DNA of 64,000 nt from an uncultured Pelagibacteraceae bacterium (GTDB taxonomy: Bacteria > Pseudomonadota > Alphaproteobacteria > Pelagibacterales > Pelagibacteraceae), in assembly GCA_902564785.1 (NCBI GenBank), contig CACFCI010000002.1, positions 12,121 to 76,120 on the forward strand. Reading direction: 5' to 3'. This document shows, piece by piece, positions 47,911-56,924 of the stretch (position 1 is the first letter of the stretch; each line of letters starts with the position of its first letter). The notes beneath the pieces were generated by a model. The model saw nothing but the letters and a program-made list of their open reading frames with translations. It searched no databases and had not been told where the DNA came from. Made by a program: the position numbers and the translations under genes.

Positions 47911-48764
47911 TATATTGCTCCCTTCTTCTCTGTAGGTTCCAAATTATCATAATTCCAAAGTTTTTTACCTGCTACAATTTTTTTCATTTTACTTACATCA
48001 AAATTTTCACCGATTTCAGCAACCTTTAATTTTCTTTTAAGCCAGTCTTGGTCACTAGATGTTAATTCTGAATCTACAGCATCACTACCATATGAACCAA
48101 TTTCTCCACCTACGAAAATTGTCCCATCATACATAGAGTCACCCAGGTTAATTCCAACGTCTCCAAGGATAATTATTCTTCCTCTTTGCATCATAAAACC
48201 TGTGAATGCACCCGCATCTCCACCAATAATGATAGTTCCACCTTTCATGTCAATACCAGTTCTGGCACCAACACTACCTTTACAAATTAAATCTCCACCT
48301 CTAATTGCTGCACCAAAACAAGATCCAGCATTTTTTTCGATTACTACTTTACCAGCCATTAAGTTTTCCGCACATGACCATCCAACTCTTCCATTAATTC
48401 TGACTATTGGACCATCGCATGAACCCATACCAAAGTACCCTAAACTTCCTTCAAAAATTAAATTCAGTTTATTTAAAATACCAACTCCAAGACTGTGTTT
48501 ACCCTGAGGGTTTTTAATAACTATTGTTCCATACCCTTGACTCATTAAGTTATCAATTTCTTTGTTTGCTTCAGGAGCTGTCATGTCTTTAACATCAAGC
48601 TCGGTTCTTTTGTTAAAATCTACATCGTACGTACCAAAGTAATAAAAGTTTTCTGCCTCATCAGGATTAAAGAATTTTTGTTGAGTTCTTCCTGTTAATA
48701 CCTCTGTATGCATACCCATTGATTGGGCTTTTGATTTTTTTGAAACAGTTTTTAAATTTGCCAT
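47910..48764 (-). CDS. mgsB: N-methylglutamate synthase GXGXG beta-helix subunit (GlxC/MgsB)
   Basis: Repeated Gly-rich GXGXG motifs, NPQGKHSLGVG, GIDMKGG, GDSMYDG. Confidence 0.83.
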   Translation of the reverse strand: MANLKTVSKKSKAQSMGMHTEVLTGRTQQKFFNPDEAENFYYFGTYDVDFNKRTELDVKDMTAPEANKEIDNLMSQGYGTIVIKNPQGKHSLGVGILNKLNLIFEGSLGYFGMGSCDGPIVRINGRVGWSCAENLMAGKVVIEKNAGSCFGAAIRGGDLICKGSVGARTGIDMKGGTIIIGGDAGAFTGFMMQRGRIIILGDVGINLGDSMYDGTIFVGGEIGSYGSDAVDSELTSSDQDWLKRKLKVAEIGENFDVSKMKKIVAGKKLWNYDNLEPTEKKGAI

Positions 48765-49696
48765 ACTTTAACCTCCCCATCAAATGGATCATATGTATCA
48801 ATTTCTTGTGGTAATACAGATCTAATCGCAATTTCTTCAGATCCCATAGCCACTAAATCATCTGACTCATATAAAACTAAAGGTTTTGCTGCCATTGTAT
48901 CTTTTGCCATTCCTAAAGAGTCTTTTGTTGCTACAAAGTAAGTAAAAACACCATCTAAACCTGTTAAAGATGCTTTCATTCCTTCTTCTAAAGTTGCTCC
49001 ATCTCTCATTTTCTCAGCTAGGTAAACTGCAATTAATTCTGAGTCACACTCAGACATAAATCTCATACCTTTGTTTTCTAAAACTCTTCTGTTATTCCAA
49101 TAATTGGTTAACTGTCCGTTATGAACTACTGATACATCGCTAAAAGGATATCCCCAGAATGGGTGAGCAGACTTTATATCTACACCAGATTCCGTTGCCA
49201 TTCTAGCATGACCAATTGCATGCGTACCCACTACTTTGTCTAAACTATATCTATCGCAAACCATTTTGGCGTTTCCAAGGTCTTTAATAACTTCTAAAGA
49301 TTTACCCATAGAAAGAATTTCTACACCAGGAATACTTTCTATACGTTGTGAAAATTCTAAAAGGTCTTTAACATTATAATCAATTTCATATCTTAAAGAA
49401 TAGGGAAGAGTTCTCTCTTCTTTAACTATTTTAGCTCCCATCTCAGCCAGAGTTTCATCTACAATTTTTTTTCTTTCATCGTAAACAGAAACATCTTCCA
49501 TAACTGATGAACTACCTTCTCCTACGTTTTCTCCAACTTTAAAACGCATAATGAAATTTTTTCCATCTGTATCTCCATATAAAGCGTAACCTGTAGAGTC
49601 TTCTCCTCTATGTTTTAACGCTTGGAGCATCCCTTGTAGTTCGCTTCCAACATTTGAAGATTTCCCTCTATGAATTAAACCTGCTATTCCACACAT
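48752..49696 (-). CDS. mgsA: N-methylglutamate synthase class II amidotransferase subunit (GlxB/MgsA)
   Basis: Ntn N-terminus MCGIAG, HRGEDSTG, GHARMATES, HPF, VHNGQLTN, CDSE. Confidence 0.85.
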   Translation of the reverse strand: MCGIAGLIHRGKSSNVGSELQGMLQALKHRGEDSTGYALYGDTDGKNFIMRFKVGENVGEGSSSVMEDVSVYDERKKIVDETLAEMGAKIVKEERTLPYSLRYEIDYNVKDLLEFSQRIESIPGVEILSMGKSLEVIKDLGNAKMVCDRYSLDKVVGTHAIGHARMATESGVDIKSAHPFWGYPFSDVSVVHNGQLTNYWNNRRVLENKGMRFMSECDSELIAVYLAEKMRDGATLEEGMKASLTGLDGVFTYFVATKDSLGMAKDTMAAKPLVLYESDDLVAMGSEEIAIRSVLPQEIDTYDPFDGEVKVWQI

Positions 49697-49728
49697 ATAT
49701 TTATACCCTTTCTATCTATTTCTGTGAC

Positions 49729-51198
49729 CTACGGTAGACAATCAAGATAAGTATCCAGATCCCATTGTGTTGTTGCACCAAGAAATCTTTCCCACTCATC
49801 GTTTTTATACCAATGAAAAACTTTATACATTTCATCTGGCATTGCAGATTTGATTACTTCATCTTCTGCCAGTCTATCTAAAGCTTCACCCAAACTTAAT
49901 GGAAGTTTTTTAACATCTTTACCAGCTTTTTGAGCTTCATAAATATTTCTAGACTCAGGAGCTGCTGGTTTCATTTTCTTACTTATACCTTCGTCGCAAG
50001 CTTTTAATAATGCAGCACCTAATAGATAAGGATTGTGCATCGAGTCTACTGATCTGTATTCAAATCTTCCTGGAGCAGAAACCCTTAAACCACAAGTTCT
50101 GTTTTGATATCCCCAATCAGCATAAACGGGAGCCCAAAAACCTTGATCCCATAATCTTCTGTAAGAATTTACAGTTGAAGATCCAAGAGCTGTTAATGCT
50201 GGCAAGTGCTTCATAATGCCTGCAATAGATTGCAAACCAATTTTTCCTGGTAATTGCATGTCTTTTGTATCCGGCATGAAAGTATTAGTTCCACCTTCAA
50301 CATAACTAAATACTTCTTCTACACCTGGTAGAGTTTTATTTCCAAGTTTGTTAAGTTTTATTTTTCCACCTTTCCATAAAGACATGTTTGTATGACAACC
50401 ACTAGCAGAAACACCCATAAATGGTTTTGTCATAAAACAAGCTATTAAATTATGTTCTCTAGCAACTTGAGCACAAATTTGTCTATATGTTGATAATCTA
50501 TCTGCATTTCTTAAAACGTTATCGTAAGTCCAGTTTAATTCTAATTGTCCTGGAGCATCTTCATGATCTCCTTGAATCATATCAAGACCCATTGCTTTTG
50601 CATATTCGATTACTTTCATAAATACTGGTCTTAAGGACTCGAATTGATCAATGTGATAACAGAATGGTTTAGAAAAACCTTTACCTGTAGGCGTTCCATC
50701 CTCATTTTTTGTTAACCACATCATTTCAGGCTCTGTTCCAACTCTTAATTCTAGACCATGTTTTTTCTTAAATTCATCCATGAAAATTCTTAGGTTTCCT
50801 CTGCAGTCTGAAGTTAAATGACCGCCTGGATTTTTTCTTTCTTCTCTGTTTCTAAAACAAGTTACAAATACTCTTCCAACTCTTTTATCCCATGGTAATT
50901 GAACAAAAGTTTCAGGATCAGGTATTCCAACAAGCTCCATAGCCTCAGGACCATATCCAATATAATTATTGTGACGATCTAAGAATAAGTTTGCTGTAGC
51001 ACCGTAAACTAATTGAAATCCTTTTTCTGCAGTTCTTTCCCAATGATCTGCAGGTATACCTTTACCTACAACTCTTCCTGTTACAGAAATGAATTGATAA
51101 TAAATGTAAGTGATGCCAAGCTCGTTAATTTTTTCTCTAACTTTTTTAACTAATTTTGCTCTACCTGGCTGGTTAACATGTTTTTCTAGATCTGTCAT
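49729..51198 (-). CDS. Second glutamine synthetase-like (gamma-glutamyl-amine ligase) enzyme
   Basis: GTEPEM, DHEDAPGQLELN, TKPF, SGCHTN, QNRTCGLR, RFEYR, NPYL. The ATG at 51198 has SD gagggg and is preferred over the GTG at 51204. Confidence 0.87.
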   Translation of the reverse strand: MTDLEKHVNQPGRAKLVKKVREKINELGITYIYYQFISVTGRVVGKGIPADHWERTAEKGFQLVYGATANLFLDRHNNYIGYGPEAMELVGIPDPETFVQLPWDKRVGRVFVTCFRNREERKNPGGHLTSDCRGNLRIFMDEFKKKHGLELRVGTEPEMMWLTKNEDGTPTGKGFSKPFCYHIDQFESLRPVFMKVIEYAKAMGLDMIQGDHEDAPGQLELNWTYDNVLRNADRLSTYRQICAQVAREHNLIACFMTKPFMGVSASGCHTNMSLWKGGKIKLNKLGNKTLPGVEEVFSYVEGGTNTFMPDTKDMQLPGKIGLQSIAGIMKHLPALTALGSSTVNSYRRLWDQGFWAPVYADWGYQNRTCGLRVSAPGRFEYRSVDSMHNPYLLGAALLKACDEGISKKMKPAAPESRNIYEAQKAGKDVKKLPLSLGEALDRLAEDEVIKSAMPDEMYKVFHWYKNDEWERFLGATTQWDLDTYLDCLP

Positions 51199-51228
51199 TT
51201 TCACCCCTCAATGAATTTAATTTATTCA

Positions 51229-51257
51229 AACGTAGCTGAAAAATTTATTTGTGTCTA
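51229..51257 (-). promoter_or_regulatory. Putative internal sigma70 promoter for the GS-like/mgs genes
   Basis: TAGACA-N17-TACGTT on the minus strand in the intergenic spacer. Confidence 0.4.
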
Positions 51258-51267
51258 GGCTTTGAGT

Positions 51268-52596
51268 CTAGCTCCAAGGAAACGGACTGTTCGAAGTAGG
51301 GTGTAGTTCTCCCTTCTCGTAACGGTTGAATCTAAATGGTTTTAACAAATCACTTTCAGTACCAAGAATTTCTTTTGCAACAAGCTCACCAACACCGATC
51401 ATTTTGTAACCATGATTTGCATCTGCGATCATGTAAACATTTTCAAAAAATCTATCAAAGATTGGGAACGAGTCTGGTGTCATACATCCAAGACCACCTG
51501 AAGGTCCTTTTCTATATAAATCAGATTTACCTTCAAATCTTTTTTGACAATGAGCTAATGCTGAGCACCACATTTCACTAAATGCATCTGTTGTTTGATA
51601 CTCAGGTGAATCCAACCCATAAGGATCGACGTTAACTTGATCAAAATGTTTTTTAACAATGTAAGGAGATGTTCCACCTTGCACTCCTAAACCTTCAATA
51701 TCAGGTTTGTAATAAATTCCCCAAATCTTATCTGTAATTAATTTTTTTGTTTTGTCCGAATATAATGGAGCTGTAGAGTCTACGTGAACTACAGGTGGTT
51801 GTTTGCCATCATTTGTTTTTAAAAAATCTGGTTCAACTCCAATAACACCTTCTTGTAAAAACCAATATGTCCACATGTCAGTCTCATGCATCTTACCATC
51901 TTTACCTAAAATATTTGCGGTCTTTGGTAGTTCTAGCATGTTCCAAAAATCTCTTGCCCATGGACCTGCACCAATTACTACTTGTTCACACTCAATGTTT
52001 CCTTTGTCAGTTTCGACACCTGTAACTGCTTGACTGTTACTTCCTCTTTTAAAACCTGTTACTTTTACACCTTTCATTACTTGAACACCATTTGAAGTAG
52101 ATTTGTTTTCTAGTGCTTTAATTGAATCTTTGTTGAATGCATATCCACCTTTTTTTTCATGAAGAACAGAAGTTATACCTTGTGCTTGCCAATCATCAAA
52201 AATACCTTTCAAATAATTTGCACAATCTTTTTCACCTTCTATAAAATCTGACTCATAGCCGATTGCTTTTTGTTGTTCGTAGATACTTGCAACATCTTTA
52301 TGCATCACTTCAGGTGATATTTGTAAATAACCAACTGGATTATATTTAAATGCCTTCGGATCGCTCTCCCAAACTGAAACTGAGTGAGCCATCAATTCTC
52401 TCATTGCTGGTTGGAAATAATTATTTCTTACAACGCCACATGCAATCCCACTTGCTCCAGCGGCAGTATCTTTTTTTTCTAATACAATTATGTCGCCAGG
52501 ATTTTTGTATGTTTCTGAAAGTTTCCAAGCAGTGCTAAGTCCGTGAATTCCACCACCGATGATAACCACTTTTGCTTTCGAAGGTAATGCCGTCAT
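51268..52596 (-). CDS. FAD-dependent amine oxidoreductase (DAO / sarcosine oxidase beta-like)
   Basis: IIGGGIHG, LEK, GASGIACG, GAGPW, TPDSFPI, HGYKMIGVG. Confidence 0.87.
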   Translation of the reverse strand: MTALPSKAKVVIIGGGIHGLSTAWKLSETYKNPGDIIVLEKKDTAAGASGIACGVVRNNYFQPAMRELMAHSVSVWESDPKAFKYNPVGYLQISPEVMHKDVASIYEQQKAIGYESDFIEGEKDCANYLKGIFDDWQAQGITSVLHEKKGGYAFNKDSIKALENKSTSNGVQVMKGVKVTGFKRGSNSQAVTGVETDKGNIECEQVVIGAGPWARDFWNMLELPKTANILGKDGKMHETDMWTYWFLQEGVIGVEPDFLKTNDGKQPPVVHVDSTAPLYSDKTKKLITDKIWGIYYKPDIEGLGVQGGTSPYIVKKHFDQVNVDPYGLDSPEYQTTDAFSEMWCSALAHCQKRFEGKSDLYRKGPSGGLGCMTPDSFPIFDRFFENVYMIADANHGYKMIGVGELVAKEILGTESDLLKPFRFNRYEKGELHPTSNSPFPWS

Positions 52597-52620
52597 GTCA
52601 AAACATTATTTTTTGACATG
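52594..52620. promoter_or_regulatory. Perfect 10-bp inverted repeat covering the start codon of the FAD oxidoreductase
   Basis: catgtcaaaa-N7-ttttgacatg. Confidence 0.55.
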
Positions 52621-52697
52621 GGTAATTAATATAATTTTTTATAGAACTAAAAATTATATATAAAAAGTAGATACTTCGATTTTATTTAAAAATTTGG

Positions 52698-53048
52698 CTA
52701 ATAACTTATGTTTTTTAAAGTAAGTAAATAATCATTGAATTCATTAATAAAAGATTCACTTGGCGTTATATTTTTAATTCGCTGATCAGTTGAAGTTTTT
52801 TCCAGTCTAAAGAATCCTTTTTCACAAGCTTCTGTAATTATTAAAGCTGATTTAGGTCTAGAAGTCTTGAATAGTTTTGTTTTTAATTCTTCTACTGATA
52901 ATTTTTTACCCTCTTTATAAGCAGACATTACTAACAACATCATATGATAGTGAGATGGTGATTTTCTAAAAAAATAATTACTTGATGTATGAGATTGCCT
53001 CATTTGATCCTCCCAAAAATCTAAGAGTGTTTTTTTTTCTTTGGGCAT
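52698..53048 (-). CDS. Small winged-helix (MarR-like) DNA-binding protein
   Basis: LSVEELK...TSRPKSALII..ACEKGFF...DQRIK resembles a wHTH with a DxR wing. Confidence 0.55.
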   Translation of the reverse strand: MPKEKKTLLDFWEDQMRQSHTSSNYFFRKSPSHYHMMLLVMSAYKEGKKLSVEELKTKLFKTSRPKSALIITEACEKGFFRLEKTSTDQRIKNITPSESFINEFNDYLLTLKNISY

Positions 53049-53056
53049 TATTTTCT

Positions 53057-55396
53057 TTATGCTCTCACTCTTGATTTTGTTGGATCATAGAATGGAAAAC
53101 CAACTACCTTTGCATTAATTCGTTTTTGGTGTCCATCTATTTTTCCTACCTCTACTTCTGTACCTATTTCAGAATACTGTAAATCAATTCTGCACAGAGC
53201 AACATTTTTATTTAAGGTTGATGATAAACATCCACTTGTAACAATACCTACTTGTGATCTGCCTATATGAACACAGTCTCCATGACCTGCAATTTCTTTT
53301 CCCACTAGTTCTAAACCAACAAGTTTTTTTTGTGGGTTGGCTTTTCTTTTAATTAATTCTTCTTTACCAATAAAATCCTCTTCTTTTGTTTTTAAAGGCA
53401 CTGCAAATCCTATGCCAGCTTCAAAAGGATCTTGTTGTCCGTCAAATTCATTTCCAAATAAAATTAATCCAGCTTCAATTCTAAGTCTGTCTAATGCAGC
53501 AAATCCAGCTGGTATCAAACCATCATCTTTTCCTGCTTCCATTAATTTATCCCAAACTTCAGGAGCATGTTTTGGATGACACCATATTTCATAACCAAGT
53601 TCACCAGTATAACCAGTTCTTGAGATAATTAGAGGAATTCCCTGCAATTCTTCTATTCTGCAAATAGTAAATCTAAACCAACCTAATTCATCTATCGATG
53701 GTTGAGTAGGGGGTGTAAAAATAATTTTTTTTAAAATTTCTCTACTTTTTGGACCTTGTAAAGAAACATTACTAATTTGATCTGTTGAATTTTTAATATT
53801 TGCATTAAAATTTTTTTTCTTAGCAATTTCTTTTAACCATTCTCCAGCATATTCATCTCCACATATCCATCTAAAACCTGTTTCACTTAATTTTAAGAGA
53901 GTTCCATCATCAAACATCATTCCATTTTCATAACACATTGCTGAATAAACCACCTGACCTACAGAAAGTTTTTTTATATTTCTTGTAAGTGTGTAATTCA
54001 TTAATTCCTCTGCATCGGGACCTATTATTTCAAATTTTCTTAATGACGATAAATCAATAAGCACTGCATCATTTCTGCAAGCATTATACTCGTTAACTAA
54101 ACCATGTTTGGTATAATCATTTGGTAACCAAAAACCTCTTGCATCAACAAAGTTTCTAGTTAATTTTGATGTTTTTTCGTAAAATCCTGAATTTCTAGTT
54201 AATTTTTTTTCTGAGTCTGTTTTCATTCGAAAAGCAAATGATTTGCTGAATTGTTTATTTTTATCGTATGTTCTAACAAAAATATCAGTAGGATTCCATG
54301 AATTACATGCATCTATATCACTAGGGCAAGCTGTTGTACCAATTGTTAAATCTTTTAAAGCTCTAAACATTACATAATCTCCTGGTCTAGAATAAGACTC
54401 GTCTGAGATGACAGAATTTAAACCTGCAGCAGAAGTATTAAAAAAAAGGTTAATTGCATGCCAACCTTTTTGTCTCTTTACGCCAAATTTTGACATACTT
54501 TCAGTTAAATTATCTGAACAGTTTGGATGACCAAAATATCCTGCGTCTTCATAATATTTTGAAGTACATGCTAGATTAAAAGTATCGTGTTTTCCTACAG
54601 TATCTCTTATAACTTCAACAAGAGGCTCATGATCTGTATCATAAAATTTAGAATGTAACCCAGGTCCAGGAAAAGTGTTTCCCATAAATGTTCTTGTAGT
54701 TTGCCAGTCCAATCCTTTTTCTATTCCTTTTTCTAGTTTTCTTGTATCAAATGCTACGAAGTCGGAACACTGTCTGCCAGTTGGACTTATTACTTGGATA
54801 TAGTCCCCTTCTTTTACTTGGTAAGATATAGAAGTTTCTTTATTTATATTTTCTTCATACACAGGTTCAAAGATAGGATCTGGTATTACATTTAATTCTT
54901 TATTATTAACTATGTTAGACCTCTTAATAAAAATTGTTAAATCACTTGGGGGATTTTGATTTGTTACATCCATATCCTCACCAGGTGCAGCAAAAATTGT
55001 GTAACATTTATCCTTTGATTTTAATTTGATACTTTCTCCCGCCTTTGTATCTAAATCAAATATGATTGAAGATTTTGAATCTAAGATGTTTAAGTTTCTT
55101 TTTTTTAATTGATGATTTGTTGCTAATATTGTTTCATCTTTACCATTTAGAATAGATCTAATAAAATTTTTGTCATTGTTTGTTTTAAGATTTAAAATTC
55201 CAGCATCAGATTTACCATCTTTGTTAAAACAAATAATTTCACAGATTTGATTACCCTCATTATTAATAATTTCTACTTCATCATCTGGAAAAATTTGAAA
55301 AGCAGTAAGACCACCGCCATTTACAACGTGTCGTTCAACTCCAGGTGGTAAAATATTTAGTCCAGGATTTTTAATATCTTTACTTGTGCCAAACAT
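53057..55396 (-). CDS. tdm: Trimethylamine N-oxide demethylase (DUF1989 + GcvT aminomethyltransferase domains)
   Basis: DUF1989 motifs GRQCSDF, HDTFNLAC, NCSDNL, NLFFNT, ACPSDID; GcvT motifs DLSSLRKF, DDG, SRTGYTGELGYE, LRIEAG; divergent from tmoX. Confidence 0.88.
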   Translation of the reverse strand: MFGTSKDIKNPGLNILPPGVERHVVNGGGLTAFQIFPDDEVEIINNEGNQICEIICFNKDGKSDAGILNLKTNNDKNFIRSILNGKDETILATNHQLKKRNLNILDSKSSIIFDLDTKAGESIKLKSKDKCYTIFAAPGEDMDVTNQNPPSDLTIFIKRSNIVNNKELNVIPDPIFEPVYEENINKETSISYQVKEGDYIQVISPTGRQCSDFVAFDTRKLEKGIEKGLDWQTTRTFMGNTFPGPGLHSKFYDTDHEPLVEVIRDTVGKHDTFNLACTSKYYEDAGYFGHPNCSDNLTESMSKFGVKRQKGWHAINLFFNTSAAGLNSVISDESYSRPGDYVMFRALKDLTIGTTACPSDIDACNSWNPTDIFVRTYDKNKQFSKSFAFRMKTDSEKKLTRNSGFYEKTSKLTRNFVDARGFWLPNDYTKHGLVNEYNACRNDAVLIDLSSLRKFEIIGPDAEELMNYTLTRNIKKLSVGQVVYSAMCYENGMMFDDGTLLKLSETGFRWICGDEYAGEWLKEIAKKKNFNANIKNSTDQISNVSLQGPKSREILKKIIFTPPTQPSIDELGWFRFTICRIEELQGIPLIISRTGYTGELGYEIWCHPKHAPEVWDKLMEAGKDDGLIPAGFAALDRLRIEAGLILFGNEFDGQQDPFEAGIGFAVPLKTKEEDFIGKEELIKRKANPQKKLVGLELVGKEIAGHGDCVHIGRSQVGIVTSGCLSSTLNKNVALCRIDLQYSEIGTEVEVGKIDGHQKRINAKVVGFPFYDPTKSRVRA

Positions 55397-55447
55397 ATAC
55401 TGCGATAATTTAATTTTCTATTGTGACCATATTATAATCAAAACGAG

Positions 55448-55476
55448 TTGACTATAACTTTAAATAGGAACATACT
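55448..55476 (+). promoter_or_regulatory. Putative sigma70 promoter of tmoX
   Basis: TTGACT-N17-CATACT; SD agagggg just before the ATG. Confidence 0.55.
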
Positions 55477-55512
55477 TTCCTTATTAATTTTATTAATTAT
55501 AGAGGGGTATAT

Positions 55513-56460
55513 ATGAAAAAAATAATATCATTACTATCTGCTCTAGTTATTTCTGTTGTAAGTTTTGCAGGAATTTCTAACGCTGATAGCAAAAAACCTA
55601 TCGTAATCCCGACACATAACTGGTCAAGCCAAATTGTAATGGCTTATGTTATAGGTGGAATTTTCGAAAGTATGGGTAACAATGTTACATACGCTGAGGG
55701 TGTAGACTCACAAGCAGTTTACGAGTCAATTAGACAAGGTGATGTAACTATATCACACGAAGTTTGGGAGTCTGCATTTGGTAAGTCTTTCGATACTGCT
55801 AGAGATAAAGGTGGTCTTTTAGATTGGGGAGATCATGAGGCAAGAACACTTGAAGACATGGGATATCCAAACTGGGTCGTTGAAAAAGGGTTATGTCCAG
55901 GTCTACCAGATTGGACAGCTTTAAAAAATCCAGACTGTGCTAAAAACTTTACAACACCTGACTCTCCAGATGGAAAAGGAAGAATGTTGGAAGGTCCACA
56001 AACTTGGCATGGTGACTTAATTCCTCAAAGAATTGATGCACTTGGTTTAGGTGATTTGTGGTGGGTTAAATTTGCAGGAGGTGCTGATGCACTTTGGGCA
56101 GAATTAAAAGCAGCTGAAAAAGAAGGAAGAGGAACAATTATATTTAACTGGACTCCAAATTTTACAGATGGTGCTGGTTTTACATTTATTGACTTCCCTC
56201 CATATACAGCAGGTTGCAGACCAGCAGATGGTGGAGATGGCAAATGTGGTTCTCCTGATGGATACTTGAAAAAGGCAGTTCATGAGGATTTCCCAAAAAC
56301 TCATCCTGATGCAGCAGCAGTTTTCAAGAAAATGTCATTTTCTACAAGTCAAATTGGAGCAATGGCTGCTTTAGTTGACGTAGATGGTATGACTCACCAA
56401 GATGCAGCTAAAAAATGGTTAGCTGATAATGAGTCAGCTTGGAAAGCTTTCCTAAATTAA
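55513..56460 (+). CDS. tmoX: TMAO ABC transporter substrate-binding protein
   Basis: HNWSSQ, HEVWE, CPGLPDW, FNWTPNF of the TmoX/OpuAC clade; adjacent to tdm. Confidence 0.85.
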   Translation: MKKIISLLSALVISVVSFAGISNADSKKPIVIPTHNWSSQIVMAYVIGGIFESMGNNVTYAEGVDSQAVYESIRQGDVTISHEVWESAFGKSFDTARDKGGLLDWGDHEARTLEDMGYPNWVVEKGLCPGLPDWTALKNPDCAKNFTTPDSPDGKGRMLEGPQTWHGDLIPQRIDALGLGDLWWVKFAGGADALWAELKAAEKEGRGTIIFNWTPNFTDGAGFTFIDFPPYTAGCRPADGGDGKCGSPDGYLKKAVHEDFPKTHPDAAAVFKKMSFSTSQIGAMAALVDVDGMTHQDAAKKWLADNESAWKAFLN

Positions 56461-56484
56461 GGATAAGTACAAAAATTAAAAATT

Positions 56485-56521
56485 AAGATCTCCCCCAATA
56501 ATTTGGGGGGGATTTTTTTTT
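56485..56521 (+). terminator. Rho-independent terminator after tmoX
   Basis: gatctcccccaa-taat-ttgggggggatt followed by a T run. Confidence 0.78.
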
Positions 56522-56546
56522 AGTTAATTTTGTGTAAAATATATCT

Positions 56547-56924
56547 ATGAAAAAATTTCTTCTTTTATTTCTATTAAGCTTTCTATTTTGCTCATCAGTT
56601 TTTGCTCGAAGTACAGGATGTAAAGAAGGCAATTGTGAAAACGGTTATGGGAAGTGGATTTATACAGATAAAACTACTTATGAAGGAGAATGGGTTGGTA
56701 CAAAAAAAAATGGCAAAGGAGTCGAAACTTGGCCAAATGGTTACATATACAAAGGAGAATTTAAAAATAGTGAGTGGAGTGGGGTAGGAACTTTATTTTT
56801 CCCAGACGGCTCTACCTATGAAGGAGAGTGGGCAAATGGTTTTATGAACGGACAAGGAACTTTCACCTGGTCTGATGGAAAACAAAAAACAGGAACTTGG
56901 AAGAACGGTAAATTACAAGAATAA
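56547..56924 (+). CDS. Exported MORN-repeat protein
   Basis: Signal peptide, CxxGNCxNG, then repeated Y(E/K)GE(W/F)...G.G units. Confidence 0.85.
   Translation: MKKFLLLFLLSFLFCSSVFARSTGCKEGNCENGYGKWIYTDKTTYEGEWVGTKKNGKGVETWPNGYIYKGEFKNSEWSGVGTLFFPDGSTYEGEWANGFMNGQGTFTWSDGKQKTGTWKNGKLQE

Noticed and set aside
42737-51198. Calling the GS-like and glutamate-synthase-like genes ordinary GS/GOGAT ammonium assimilation
   Set aside because: The split three-subunit architecture, GlnT-type motifs and tdm/tmm context fit the N-methylglutamate pathway better.
52596-52618. GlnR/TnrA box (TGTNA-N7-TNACA)
   Set aside because: The half-sites are 13 nt apart rather than 7, and that regulator family is not expected in this lineage.
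53057-55396. Glycine cleavage T protein (gcvT)
   Set aside because: It is about twice the size of GcvT, has an N-terminal DUF1989 domain, and has no gcvH or gcvP neighbours; it fits Tdm.
1795-56546. Widespread leaderless transcription (TAnnnT about 6-7 nt before several ATGs, e.g. 1858, 19249, 32714, 56547)
   Set aside because: Plausible, but such hexamers arise readily by chance in DNA this AT-rich; it cannot be supported without start-site data.
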